From positions 1 to 59,964 of the forward strand of contig LT649252.1 of assembly GCA_900128395.1 (NCBI GenBank): DNA of 59,964 nucleotides, in the 5' to 3' direction. Numbering within the stretch: the first letter of the stretch is position 1; every line of letters starts with the position of its first letter. Positions 36,295 to 49,467 of this stretch are shown piece after piece. The stretch is from Stramenopiles sp. TOSAG23-2. Taxonomy: Eukaryota. Below the pieces are notes generated by a model that did not search any database, had not been told where the DNA came from, and saw nothing but the letters and a program-made list of their open reading frames with translations. The position numbers were made by a program, and so were the translations under genes.

Positions 36295-36456
36295 CATAGT
36301 AATAATGTATCTTATGATGATGAAGGAAATTTGAAACCAAAGAGAAAAAATGATGATCAACCACCATCATCACAAATGATGATAATTACAAATACGATTA
36401 AATTTTATTTAAAAGAAGAAAAAGTTCCTAGTTTTTTCAATAAATATATGGATTAA
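36295..36456 (+). pseudogene. Orphan 3' coding stub at the duplication junction
   Basis: Open frame HSNNVSYDDEGNLKPKRKNDDQPPSSQMMIITNTIKFYLKEEKVPSFFNKYMD* starting abruptly after an inverted 39-bp fragment. Confidence 0.45.
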
Positions 36457-37381
36457 AAATGTTGTTGGGTTATTCGAGTTTAACAGATAATATGTGCTTT
36501 TATTAAATTCTGTTATAAAAAGAGCGAGATAAAGAATATGATATGTGTGTGTGTATAAAAAAAAATTAAGTTTTAAACAAGTGGCCTTGAAAGTATTTAT
36601 TTATTACTACCGCTCCAATCGTAATATCTAAGCTTACCAATTTCTGGCAGTACTCCTTAACTTTTTATGCTTTATTCATCGCTTTTAGTTCGTATGGCAG
36701 CGCACCATATTTCACTATCCACGCCATGGACCATTGCTAAGATCCATACATAGACTCAAAACATCTAAAGACTATGATTTTTTTTTGTTAAATCAAATTT
36801 TTAATATTTTGTTTTTTTGTTTTTGCTGTTTACCACTTACTTAAAAAAGTCTCTTGTCATATTTATATATATAAAAGAATATATATAATATAAAAGTACA
36901 TATAGATATACGAGTGTATATATCTTTATTAATAAATACATACGGGCTTTGACATTGCATCGTGATATATATTTTTATTTTTATATTAGAACATTTATTT
37001 TTCATTCTGCCATTTACGTATAACAAATTGGAAAAATTTTAGCAAAATAATAACATTAGTTGAATTTTGTTTACATTTTTTCACTAAATTTTTTTATACA
37101 ATACAAAAACAATAAAGCCGCCAAATAGACGCATAGTTGGGTCTTTAATATATCATTTATTACGTTTTTAGCACTGTCAATACCATTTATTGTTTAAATA
37201 TTTATATATTTTGAACTTTCTACTGATTTGCAGCAAAAAATACGAATAATTTTTATCCAAATTTCCATTTCAAAGGTCAGATCTAAATATATATTATTTA
37301 AATTTCCTACGTTGCAAGATGGCCCAAACAAGGACAGTTGACGAATGGCTACGCAGTAGGAGTTCGAACAAGTTTGGCACG

Positions 37382-38158
37382 GAACACATCAGGAATGACT
37401 CTATTCTGAGCGTCGGTCAATCAAAAACAAATACCAATACCGATACAAGAATTGAGAACTCCCATGATGAGGACCGGGGCATAATTATAACGAGATTTTT
37501 TATAATTATAACGGGATTTTTTATAATTATAACGGGATTTTTTATAATTATAACGGGATTTTTTATAATTATAACGGGATTTTTTATAATTATAACGGGA
37601 TTTTTTATAATTATAACGGGATTTTTTATAATTATAACGGGATTTTTTATAATTATAACGGGATTTTTTATAATTATAACGGGATTTTTTATAATTATAA
37701 CGGGATTTTTTATAATTATAACGGGATTTTTTATAATTATAACGGGATTTTTTATAATTATAACGGGATTTTTTATAATTATAACGGGATTTTTTATAAT
37801 TATAACGGGATTTTTTATAATTATAACGGGATTTTTTATAATTATAACGGGATTTTTTATAATTATAACGGGATTTTTTATAATTATAACGGGATTTTTT
37901 ATAATTATAACGGGATTTTTTATAATTATAACGGGATTTTTTATAATTATAACGGGATTTTTTATTATTATTACGGGATTTTTTAAATACGGAAATCAAT
38001 ATAAGGAATTGCATGAGGATACGGTTATATCTTTTCCATTTTATGAAATTACTTTTGACATATTATTATAAGTATTCATCGTTTTTAGTGTTTACATATT
38101 ATATATATTTATGAGTAAATAAAATCTTTTAAATTTTAAGTAAGAGAATTTTTTATAT
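37382..38158 (+). repeat. Dispersed element, copy B, carrying the expanded minisatellite
   Basis: Both flanks of the array match the reverse complement of 21530-21823. Confidence 0.85.
37481..37984. repeat. 21-bp minisatellite (ataattataacgggatttttt) x24
   Basis: 24 tandem units; first (cgaga) and last (attattatta) are variant, inner units appear identical. Confidence 0.97.
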
Positions 38159-38718
38159 ATTATATAATTATGTTCACAACAGGATCTTTCACTTTGACAG
38201 CCTCACCGCTTTCGAGTGAACCCGGCGCCCAGCGCGTTCAACGAACGAACATGGAACATGGACGGATAGAAACCTACTTGTGCTTGTGGAGTATTAGTGT
38301 GCAGGGACGTGCATTAGAGCTTCAATATAGTAGAATACGAACGTAGAATATTATTCTTGCGATTGAGTGTTGAGCATATTATTTACCACGGGAAGTAAAA
38401 TTATTATTAATGCTTAGATTTTAACTATCATTATTAAATATTATTTAAACGTAATACGATCGTATGCATAATAAAAAATATAATTTTAAAATGTCACAAT
38501 TCTCTTATTTTATAATTGATGATGGTTAAAATCTAAGTTATACGAGTTAGAGTCGTAATAATTTTACGTACTTTCTTATTCGTAATTAATGAGAATGTTT
38601 AAAATTTAAAGATTTTATTTTACTCGTAAATGTATGTACGAGCGTATGCATAATATTCGTAAGCACTGGAACTCAGGCTACGGATGTTCCACGAACTAAA
38701 AAAAAAGTAAATGGTATC

Positions 38719-39237
38719 ATGGATGTAAATTATCCAGTATATGATCCAAATTCAAATAAATATTGGATTGGTGAATTGATTAAATATACAGCAGATCCAA
38801 AACATTATCCAAATCATACGATTGGACATTTCCCAATTAAAGCAGTGCAACCTTCAGATATTTATTTAGATCAACAAGCAAAAGCAAGTGCAAAACGTGT
38901 TGAAGATCGCAAAGAAGAACGTAAAAAAGAGGAAGGTAATAATACAGCAAGGTCGAATCGTACAGAATCTACTGAAGATGATGAATATGAAATTACATTC
39001 CAAAAAGGCCCCATTGGTTTGAAATTATTTGATAAGAATGATGCTTGTTGTGTACTTGCCATACAACCTGGTAGCCAAGCAGAAAAAGCGGAAGATATAG
39101 CAAAAGGTGATATTGTCGTTCAAATTAACGATACCGATGTTGATGGTGAACCAACAGAAAAAATCATGAAAATGTTAAAGGAATTACCAAGACCTGTACG
39201 AATAACATTTTTAATGGGTGACGATGAAGAAGATTGA
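38719..39237 (+). CDS. C-terminal PDZ domain protein, probably 5'-truncated
   Basis: YEITFQKGPIGLKL...IQPGSQAE...KGDIVVQINDTDV...RPVRITFL is a PDZ pattern; the frame stays open and coding-like upstream to about 38660 with no ATG. Confidence 0.7.
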   Translation: MDVNYPVYDPNSNKYWIGELIKYTADPKHYPNHTIGHFPIKAVQPSDIYLDQQAKASAKRVEDRKEERKKEEGNNTARSNRTESTEDDEYEITFQKGPIGLKLFDKNDACCVLAIQPGSQAEKAEDIAKGDIVVQINDTDVDGEPTEKIMKMLKELPRPVRITFLMGDDEED

Positions 39238-39457
39238 GTTTGTGTGTGTGTTTATAAATGAAAAAAAGTAACATGTACTCGTATTTTACACACATTTTCT
39301 CGTAAAAAAAATATGTACGAGAGAGAGAGGGTACTCGTATCATACATAATATCAAATTATATATATGCTTCGTATGCATATCATATCATATCTCTTTTTA
39401 TTATAATTTAAATATCATACGAAGTACGCTTCGTGTGTTTTACGTATGTTTCAATTT

Positions 39458-39724
39458 TCATGAAAATTTACTTTTCTTTCGTTCCAACGATTTTTCATCC
39501 TCACCATTACCACCATTATTACTACTACCATGACTACTACTACTGCTGCTGTTGTTAATATTTTTATCATTATCATTATGTTTTGTAGTATATAATGGTA
39601 TGTTCTTCACTTCTTGACCATCCTCATATGCTATAATTTCATATTCTGGTAATGTGATATGTTCTTTCATGTTATTTATAATTTTATTTACAACGTCTTC
39701 AATACAACACAATATATATTTCAA
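39458..39724 (-). pseudogene. Chimeric ORF: oxygenase N-terminus fused to the 3' end of an unrelated gene
   Basis: First ~52 aa identical to the 22020-22970 protein, then DKNINNSSSSSSHG...KKSKFS*; switch at about 39569. Confidence 0.75.
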
Positions 39725-40261
39725 TGTGCATATATATATAAATTTTCTATCTACAATACATCACATCCTTTTACTTTGTTTTTTGTCTTTTGCTTACATC
39801 TTTATAAATGTATATTTTATTTTGATGATGATTCGTGCATTCCTGAAATATCAATTTTACATAAGCTTATCAACATAAAAATATCCATAAAAAGGTGCAA
39901 AAATGTAGAATTTTTTACAAAAAATGCTCTGTAGACTTGCAAGTATAATATGCTATTTAAAATAGTGGAAAAAAGTGTCAAAATATGAAAAAAAATAACA
40001 CTATTCATAATTAGAATAATGGATGTTGTTGGCGTTATGGAACATGGAACAGCGCACGGTGGTGCACGGTAGTGTTTGCCAGTTTGCTGGTTTGCCCCAC
40101 AACGAATATTATAATAGAATGAATTAGAGAATCTATAGCTAGAAACCAAAAGAAGATATATATACATATATATATATCTACAAATTACAATATCTATATA
40201 TATATCTTTTTATATATTTATACGTTCTTCTATTATATACGGGCCACGTTAATTTTTCAAT

Positions 40262-42034
40262 ATGAGTGGTCGGAACGTATTAGCATCATTAAATACACCT
40301 AAAATATCACGGAAACAATCCGTTGGAGAACCTGGTTCTAGACAATATCTTGAAACAATATTAGTACAATTAATTCAAGTGGATGAAAATGATAATGAAC
40401 ATAGCGATGCTATGTCCCCTGGTCCTTTAGTAATAAAGGATAGGTATCATCGACTACGCAAATATAAATCGGTATTTTCAGGCAGAAATTTGTTAGAAAA
40501 ATTAGTGGAAAACAATATTACAATGACAATGGAAAGTGCAATATCTATGGCAGAAAATATGGAAAGAAATAAAATAATAACACGTGTGCTAAATGCACCG
40601 TTTAGTTCGAAAAAACGCCATGGTTCCAGTAGTAAACGAAATTATAGTAATGGCGAAAATGATAGTAAAAAAATTATAGGATGGACAGATAAAGATTTAT
40701 TTCGTCTTGGGGATGATGTAGGCGTAAATTTAAAAAAAGTTGTGCGCTCTATGTTAACATTAAAAGCACGTGTAAAACATTTGGAAGGTGCATTATTTGA
40801 TTTAAGAGAAACGTTGTTAGAATTGGAAGCAGATATGCATTATGAGAAAGGTATTTTTTCAAACTTTATCCATGTACAATTGCAAACGCAAGCATATTTT
40901 GTCATAAGTCTTTTAGGAATAGTTATCTATTACACCTCAGAAGGTGGAATATCTACGTCATTATTTAGCGCTGAACGTGTAAAACAAATTTTAGTTCTTT
41001 CATCATGTGGTATTTTATATTTACTTGTATGGTATCGTTCGCATTCGAAATTTGTAAGAGGATCAATGCAAGGAAGCAGTAGCATCATGAATCATGATAA
41101 TCGAAATAAACCAACAAGTAGTTTAATGAATACTATACAACAACAAATACCTGGATATGGCGGTAAAGGTGCAAAAACCGATGGTAATAAAGTAAAACGA
41201 CGAAAATCGTTTGTAGAGCTAGAGGATCAACGTGAGAAACGCAGAAGAATATTATCGAATTCAATTATTGAAGCTAGAGGGGCTTCAGGTGTGAATCAAA
41301 CATTTTTAATGCCATATCCAGGGAAAGATAACAAAAAACAAACTTGTTGGAGTGAACCACCTGGAGAAGATTTCCTTGTTCGCGGTGCTAACTATTTAGT
41401 AGATAGTGTTAAAGTTCCTTCGAAACATATAGCATTAGAAACATTAACATGCGAGCTTGCATCAATGGAAAAAAATGTAAAAGTAGAAACGATGGCAGGT
41501 CTTTCAGGTTCTACTGCGGATTATCTTTCACAAAATGCTTTAATAATCAATGGGGTGAAAAAGGAATCGCAATTATTTGTTGTTACATTCTTAGTTCCGG
41601 GCTATGTCGTCTCCTGGACTTGTCGTGTCCGTGATGATATGGAACCTGATCCTGCGTTTGATGAGTTATGGGATGAGTTTTACAATAATCCTGATGATAA
41701 ATATCGAAATGAGCGTCTGAAAATATTGCCAAATATTCCAGATGGGAATTGGATTGTGAAAAAAACAGTAGGGAAAAAACCAGCGATTGCTGCAAGAGCA
41801 GTAGATGCACAATGGAATCGAGGTAGTAATTATCTAGAAGTAGTATATGATGTTAGCACTTCATATGTTGGAAATAAGATTTTTAATGTAGTAAAAGGGT
41901 ATGCAAAGAAAATTACGCTTGATTTAGCATTTGTTATTCAAGGAAATTCTCGACGAGAATTGCCAGAAAGAATATTATGTGCAGCCAGATTCTTTTCCAT
42001 TGATTTGGATGCTGTTAATGCATTGGAAATGTGA
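40262..42034 (+). CDS. DEP-TM-EDR2_C protein, second copy
   Basis: Translation identical to 23611-25383. Confidence 0.82.
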   Translation: MSGRNVLASLNTPKISRKQSVGEPGSRQYLETILVQLIQVDENDNEHSDAMSPGPLVIKDRYHRLRKYKSVFSGRNLLEKLVENNITMTMESAISMAENMERNKIITRVLNAPFSSKKRHGSSSKRNYSNGENDSKKIIGWTDKDLFRLGDDVGVNLKKVVRSMLTLKARVKHLEGALFDLRETLLELEADMHYEKGIFSNFIHVQLQTQAYFVISLLGIVIYYTSEGGISTSLFSAERVKQILVLSSCGILYLLVWYRSHSKFVRGSMQGSSSIMNHDNRNKPTSSLMNTIQQQIPGYGGKGAKTDGNKVKRRKSFVELEDQREKRRRILSNSIIEARGASGVNQTFLMPYPGKDNKKQTCWSEPPGEDFLVRGANYLVDSVKVPSKHIALETLTCELASMEKNVKVETMAGLSGSTADYLSQNALIINGVKKESQLFVVTFLVPGYVVSWTCRVRDDMEPDPAFDELWDEFYNNPDDKYRNERLKILPNIPDGNWIVKKTVGKKPAIAARAVDAQWNRGSNYLEVVYDVSTSYVGNKIFNVVKGYAKKITLDLAFVIQGNSRRELPERILCAARFFSIDLDAVNALEM

Positions 42035-42442
42035 AAATATTTTTGAGAATCTCACTATCAGTATAATATAATTTAATTTACGCATAATTTATTTTTAATT
42101 TACTCATATGATAATTCCTACTCTTCAAAAGAATAAAATAACTGAAAATTATGATATATTATACTTCGTACGTATTATATCATATCATACTTTTATATAT
42201 ATATAAAAAATTTCTTCTACACTCATGTATTAATATAAATTTCTTTTACTCCCGGAAATTAACATCTCAAATCAAAAATGATTTTTAAATATTCATTTAT
42301 TATACTGGTACGTATAAACATAGGAAATTATTTATATATATATATCATCATGGGGGTTCTCAATTCGTGAGCTATCGGTTTTTGTATTTGTTTTCATACA
42401 TATATATCATATCATATCTTATTTTAATAATATTACGAGCTT

Positions 42443-45400
42443 TCAATTACCAGGAAAATAAATTTCTTCCTCTTCCGTAAAATTATCAAAATAATTTTGC
42501 TGTTGTCCTGTAAATTCAAGTGCATGTTGGTCCCAAACTTGTTCATATGCACTGTTAACAGCAGATTGGCCAACAGAATAATTAGTCTTAATTTTTTGTC
42601 TTGATTTTGAAAAACTTGGTGTTCCAACTACACCAGATTGTATTTCATTATCAGATTTTTTACTATTTTCCTCTTTACTATCATCACGATTTATGTCAGA
42701 AAACATATCTTCAAGATCCTTCTTCATATCCATTTGAAGTTCCTTCATTGATTCATAACTCATTTCCACGTTAACATGTTTCAAAATGCCTGAACGCATT
42801 GTATTGTGTCTTTGAAAACCTTTAATGACCATACTTTGTGAGCTTGTGCCACATAGAATATCCTTAGAGACACGTATCGGTTCGTATCCAGTGCAATCTC
42901 CATGCAAAGTATTTAAATCAGGGCAAATAACATACGGACAATTCTCTTCAAAGTATAAATTGCCAGTAACCGCACATACAACCATTTTTTTCTCTTTTTT
43001 CTTTGCTAAAATTGTATCAAAGAAACTGTATTGATTAGCTGCTTTTTTCAAATCTTGAAATATTTTCTTAGCCTTTAATAATTGTCTTTGTTGATCAGTT
43101 TTTTGTTTTTGTTTTTCAAGTTCATCTTGTTCCTCGCCATATATCTTCATAAAATGGCATAAGGTAATGTTAAGAAACACCAACTCAGTCAAATATATGT
43201 AAATGACAAAAAAGAGAAGATTTAAAACATCACCAAAGTTATTCAGATTTCGGAAGTAATCAAAGGAAGCATGCCAGTTATTTAAAAACATGATTGTAAA
43301 TAATGTAAACAGTGCATGGTAGTCTGTATGAAACGAAATAGCTTGCAAATGACCACCATGTATAACTACCTTCTTGTCGTCGACAATGTTTTTATAGCTA
43401 AATGTACTTGTATTGAAGTAGGTATTTCTTGTTTTATCATTGATATTTGCATCGTTACCATGGTCTTGACCATAAAAAAGTTGTCCTATAATAATGAAGG
43501 GATAACTGATAAAGATCCAAAGCCACAAGTACTTCTTGCCAAACCTCTTGAATCTCACAAACGTACGGCCAAGCGGTTTGAAACTTAAAAATATCGCTCT
43601 ACAACAGCCAGGGGATTCATTAGGATGCACTTCTTGCAGACCAAAGATTAATGAAGTTGACCTTGATGCTGCAACGAAATATGCAAATCTTAACAAATTT
43701 ATACTAAACTGACGATTATGAAATTGCGACTCATTAATTAACATTGCACCAAAATTACATGGATCGATAAATAATGCAAATTCTAAAACACTGGCAACGA
43801 TGCTGCAACATGTTGTTTGAAATTGCCATCGCCATGATTTAGTCATAAAATAACCAATAAATCCAACTGCAAACACTTTCACAAAAAATTCTACGAGATA
43901 AATTAATGTTATAATTAAATTTATAAATGCAAAGATTCGTCGCAAAAATTTATGCAAGTCTGGTATTTCTAATAAAATAGACATGGAAAATAATAAAACT
44001 GCGTTAACAAACAAAGTATATTGGATCAGGCTATGAAACCAAGAAAAGGAAATCAACCATTTTCTTAACGATTGGCAAATGCCGCCATAACAACATTCGT
44101 AGCAAATGCTATGCTTTTGCTTTTTACGCTTCTTTTTTCCTGTATTGGCATACTTTTTCCATGGTACATAATCGGGTATATCAAATCTTGGGTTTCTTAC
44201 CATCCATTTCGCAGGCGCATCTTCATGTTGAAGTAGCATATCACAAAGCCTCCAAAACTCTTGTAACGAAATTTTTTCATCTTTATCCACGTCAAGTTTA
44301 CGGAATACTTGATCAAATGTACTAAAATCATTATCTGATTCAATAATGCGAAAGTTACTTAACAACAACATGAACTGGTTAAGTGTTAAATAATTATTTC
44401 CTTCATGATCTAAAGCATTAAAGGCAAGTGCTAATGAATGTAACTGATTACTCATAGAATAAATAACCTGTTTACGATTACTTTTTTCTAATGCAAATTG
44501 AATACGTGCAACAATATAATTTAAAACCAAAATATCAAAAATTAATAAAAATATGAAGAAAAACAAGGAAGCGGTGACAAAATTTCTTTGCATCATGGAT
44601 GGAACTGAAATTTCAGGAAAATTTACTGTTCCAAATGTCATATAAAGCAAGGTACGAAATGTTCCTAGTACAAAAACATCTTCATCTATACTATTACCAT
44701 TGATATATTCTCGAATATAATCACCTTGCGCAAATGCCAAACCTTTTTCGCCTACTTTACTATAACAATATTCGTTTGCATTTCTGCTGCATTGTATATT
44801 TATTTGTTGATTTGTTGCATTACTAATACTAGCGTTGAGATTCAGAGCAGGTTGTACTGTATCAGATGCATAACATTGTTCTGTGTCCAACTGAACTCTC
44901 CATTTATTAGATGGAAAATACCATAAGAAGCTTGGAAGCCAGTAAATGAACAGCCAAATAATGATAAACACAAAAGGGAACAACATCTCTCTCACAACAT
45001 AACAGAACTGTAAAAATTGGCGTCTTAAGGATTCATTGTGATAAAACATTATAAACCAGAAGGGCAATTGTCCTAAGACTCTGTTATCATCGCTTGCTCC
45101 TAACGCAATCTTTATATAAAAAGAAAGTCAAAGTTCAAATAAGTACTGTTAGTTATATCTTGATATCCTTTTGCAGATTCATAGTACTATTAGACCATTT
45201 TGTATATTAGATACTTACATATATTACCATCGGAAATACACTTAGACAATATAAGAAATTGAAAGAAAAAATGCTTTCACAGTTATGTTCCCCTAGATCC
45301 ATTGATTCTTCAAATGTATATCGATGTGCTCGCCAAAATTTAAACATGCCTCGATGCATTAAATATTGTAATAGGATGTCTAGAGAGAAAAATACTGTTA

Positions 45401-46370
45401 AAATGACAGTTGTGACAAAAGTGAGATATTTGAAGTCACTGGAAGCACCGAAAGAGGATCCGAGTAGCCTTAATGAGATATACAAATGGCTCAAAATGTA
45501 CATTAAATAGGTCCACCCACCTTCAACACGGAGAAAATGGTGTATATATGCTTGATTGATTGATCTTATATCGCCAGCGCTTTGAAAACCGTTCATTGCA
45601 TCCCGGATATATGTTGCTGCGTACACATCGTTGAAATTAGCGGAAGTATCTAACCTATCCAAGTTATTATTTGGAGAATACCTCTGTAGTAAATACATAA
45701 CAGGCCCTTCAAATATTGAGAATTTGGTTTTGTTTTCATTATTATAATTATTGTCACTTTTTTCCTTATAACTACTTTCTGATTTCGATTTATTAAAATG
45801 TTTACCATAATATTCATCTAGCTTAGTAATTTCAGCCTCACTTACATCTACCGTTTGCAATTTTTTTGTTTTGCCATCAGTAAAATGTATTTGTGCGGAT
45901 GGTATATGCCTCAAACCGTAATGCCTAGATTGAACGGTTTTTAATCGATTGCTTTTTAAACCATTCATTGCATGTATCATATTTGCTGCATGTATCCACG
46001 TCTTTTTTGCGTTATTACTTTTACTTTCCATTGACTTTAGTTTTAATCTTTGTTTTAATTTTTCGTTTTTTGCATTCCGTTGCTGTTTGAAGTATGAGTG
46101 CATTTCCTTATTTACGTCGTCGTATTGTTTTACTGCTTTCGTCAATTTGCTATTTTCTAATGCTTGTAGTATATCCTTTGGTAGTGGTATATTTGGGTTT
46201 TCATTACTAAACTCTGTTGCCGCTATAGATAAGTTATTTAATATTTCTTCATATTTCTTAAATGTTGTTTGTAGTTTTTTTGAGGTAGTACTAGTGTTAT
46301 TCGACAAAGTGGCTGTTGGAGACACTACATATTTCGATGAGACATCTGACGCGGGTGTGTCTTTCTCCAT
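42443..46370 (-). CDS. Two-pore channel-like protein, second copy (intron 45110-45218)
   Basis: Translations identical to 25792-29719. Confidence 0.85.
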
Positions 46371-46966
46371 GGCGATAAGGATGATATTGCCACGTGCATA
46401 GATTTACATAGTTTGTAAGGAACGTATGTATATGTATATGTATATATAGAACTACATAGACTATATATCTTTATTAAAAAAAGGGGTTTTTTAGTTTAAT
46501 GAGAAGAATGCTGGAATGCCACATATTAATATGCCACAGTGTTATCATTATAGATCTTAATCTATAGCTGGATAGTATGACGGAATAAGTATATTACACC
46601 CTTTTAATACGGGTAAAGTAGGGGAAAATTGACTATTAATATTTATATGAAGATGGGAAAAAAAAAACACTGTCGTCGACTATAATTGAAAATGCTGTTT
46701 TCCCATTGTCCATTGTATTCCCATGCTAATGCTATATTGTAATCACCCTAGATATAATTCTAAATAATAATGGCCGGCGAAAGGTGGTTTTTGTGGTTGT
46801 TGTTTTAATTAATAATTTATAATTTATGAATGGACATAAAAATAAATTACAAATGAAAATGTGATATGACGTATCTAGACGACTATAGATATAAACAAAA
46901 TACATACTATAGAAAAACCAACAAAGTCATTAACTGAATCAGTAACAACATTAAAATCAAGGGAAA

Positions 46967-47632
46967 ATGGATAGACAAAATCGTGTTGGATCGAAGCCTG
47001 GTGGTGGTGGCATTGCATCAACGCAAGCACAGAATCGTGCAAGAAAACAACGTTTAGCAGAGTTAGCTATGGAATCATTTGATTTATCAAAGGATCCATA
47101 TTTTATGCAGAATTCAATTGGTAGATATGAATGTAGATTATGCTTGACACAACATAAAACAGAAAGTAATTATTTGGCACATACACAAGGATCGCGTCAT
47201 CAACAAAATTTAAGACGGCGACAAATACAAAATGCTGAACGAGAAAATAATAGTGAAGCTAATTTGGCAGCTCAACAAGCTAAAGCGAAACAAAAAGTTA
47301 AAATACCACGTATAGGTCAACCTGGCTATCGTGTATCAAAAGGAAGAGATCCTAAAACTGGACAAAAATATGTATATTTTGAAATAGATTATCCAATGAT
47401 TGATGATAAGTTACAACCACGGCATCGTTTTATGAGTGCATATGAACAAAAAATTGATTTTCCACCAGATCCAAATTATCAATATTTATTATTTGCAGCT
47501 TTACCATATGAAACTATTGGATTTAAAGTACCAAATTTACCAATTGATAATGATCGTGAGAAATTTGTATCTAATTGGGATTATGAGAAAAAAATGATGA
47601 GTTTAAAAGTTACGTTTGTAAAGGAAAGTTGA
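46967..47632 (+). CDS. SF3A2: Splicing factor 3A subunit 2, second copy
   Basis: Translation identical to 30316-30981. Confidence 0.96.
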   Translation: MDRQNRVGSKPGGGGIASTQAQNRARKQRLAELAMESFDLSKDPYFMQNSIGRYECRLCLTQHKTESNYLAHTQGSRHQQNLRRRQIQNAERENNSEANLAAQQAKAKQKVKIPRIGQPGYRVSKGRDPKTGQKYVYFEIDYPMIDDKLQPRHRFMSAYEQKIDFPPDPNYQYLLFAALPYETIGFKVPNLPIDNDREKFVSNWDYEKKMMSLKVTFVKES

Positions 47633-48001
47633 AGAAGGAAATGTCTATAATATGACTGAAATGACTCCTGTAGTGTTAAATGTAATCTCTCTCTGTGATA
47701 TGTGTGTGTATAAAAATGTAAAATAATAAATTTTTGAATATATATTCTTTTTTTTTATTGAAGGCAAAACTAAACTGGTAAAACCCATATTTTTTAATTC
47801 GTGTTGTATTATTAATAAAACCTATAAATAGTAGAACATTACATTTTTTTTAAATTTCTGATAATAATTAAAACAAGAAATATAACAAAATCACTTACGT
47901 TTTTGGTTTAGATATTTATAAATAAGACGTGTTTAGCGAAAAAAATATTCGTCACTACAGCAACACAGTGTGTGTGTATCTATATATATTATATATCAAT
48001 C

Positions 48002-49436
48002 ATGTCAGCCATAGCAAATAATAATGTAAATAATAATAATAATATCTTTCATGAAATTAAAAGAAAACTAGAAGAATTAAATAGTGATATTGTTGTATCA
48101 GATGAGATGCAACGTAATCCCGTTTATAAACGTGGTATTTCAAAAGACTTCATACGTAGACTATTACAATGTTCTAATATAGATGAGAAAGTGACGCCAG
48201 GACAATTAGTATGGGGTGCTACAACAATAGGTCCACGAAATTATCTACAATTTGATATGGAAAAAGATCCATATTCAATTGCTGCTTTGACGAAAAAAAC
48301 AACTTTATCATTTGTTGAAACTTGCCAGCTTGTAAATATTGTAAATAAAGATAATGATAAAACCGGTTCCAAACCATATTTTGACACCGCTAATGTATTT
48401 GTATCTTATGGATGGCATGGTGCAGTTGTACGAGAACAGCTTGAATCATTACTATCATCTACAGAAGATACGGAAGACACATATTTTTGGATAGATATAT
48501 TCGCTGTAGCACAAAATCAAGTATCAAAATTGGAGAAGAAACATAATGGGGGGGATGTATCATCCTTTGAAGAGGTGGTAAAAAAATCAAAGGTGACGTT
48601 GTTATATTGGTCACCATATGATAGCCCTAATCCGATAGCACGTGTATGGTGTTTGTTTGAAATTCTGTTAACGCTTAAAAAAGGCAACAAACTTTCAGTG
48701 TTCTTCAGAGAAAAAGATATGGAAAATTTATATGTAAATGAGGATGATGAGAAAAAAGCAGAATTAAAATATCAAGAAATTGCTAATCAAATGAGACTTA
48801 CACTTGATAAATTAAAATCTGTAGATGCAAATGCGACTTTTCAACCAGATTGGAGGCGTATACATGTTCAAATTGAATGTACATTGTCGCCTGAATCGGA
48901 CTTTAATGATCCATTCAATACGGATTGTGTAATTCCACCAGGATCGTTAATAGCAAATGTTCAAGAGGATGAAGATTGGGAAAACATGGATGATGGAACA
49001 TATATTTTTGAGAAATATAATCTGAATTTCATGTGGGGTGAAGCAAAACCAGAAGCGGAAGGGAATGGTACTTGGTTTGGGGGTGCATTGGGCCATCGTG
49101 AATTAGATCAAATGGCGAAAAATGCGGTAGAAAAAGCACTTGCGGACAAAGGTATCCCAGTTGCTACTGCAGCAACATTATTGTTCGAAAGTAGTAGTGA
49201 TGCAATAGATGAAGATATGGATAAATTATATAGGCCGTTCGGGCCTAGTACATATGGTATTTGTCACAGTGGTGGATTTATTGCAGTAGAAGTGTACGAA
49301 GATGATGATGATGATGATGATGAAGAAGAAGAAGAAGAAGAAGAAGAAGAAGAAGATGGTGAAGATAATGAGGAAGATGGCGATGAATATGATGACGAAG
49401 ATAATGATGATGACGATGATAATGATAATGACGATG

Positions 49437-49467
<31 letters not shown>

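Noticed and set aside
37464..37470. ATGATGA as a C box of a C/D snoRNA
   Set aside because: No downstream CTGA D box or terminal stem at a suitable distance in the copies examined.
37481..37984. CRISPR array or telomere
   Set aside because: No spacers or cas genes and a eukaryotic context; the array is internal and derives from one unit of a dispersed element.
37319..38071. 250-aa (IIITGFF)n ORF and antisense 197-aa (KKSRYNY)n ORF
   Set aside because: Both stay open only because the 21-bp unit lacks stops in those frames; the flanks are a repeat and no protein family is recognisable.
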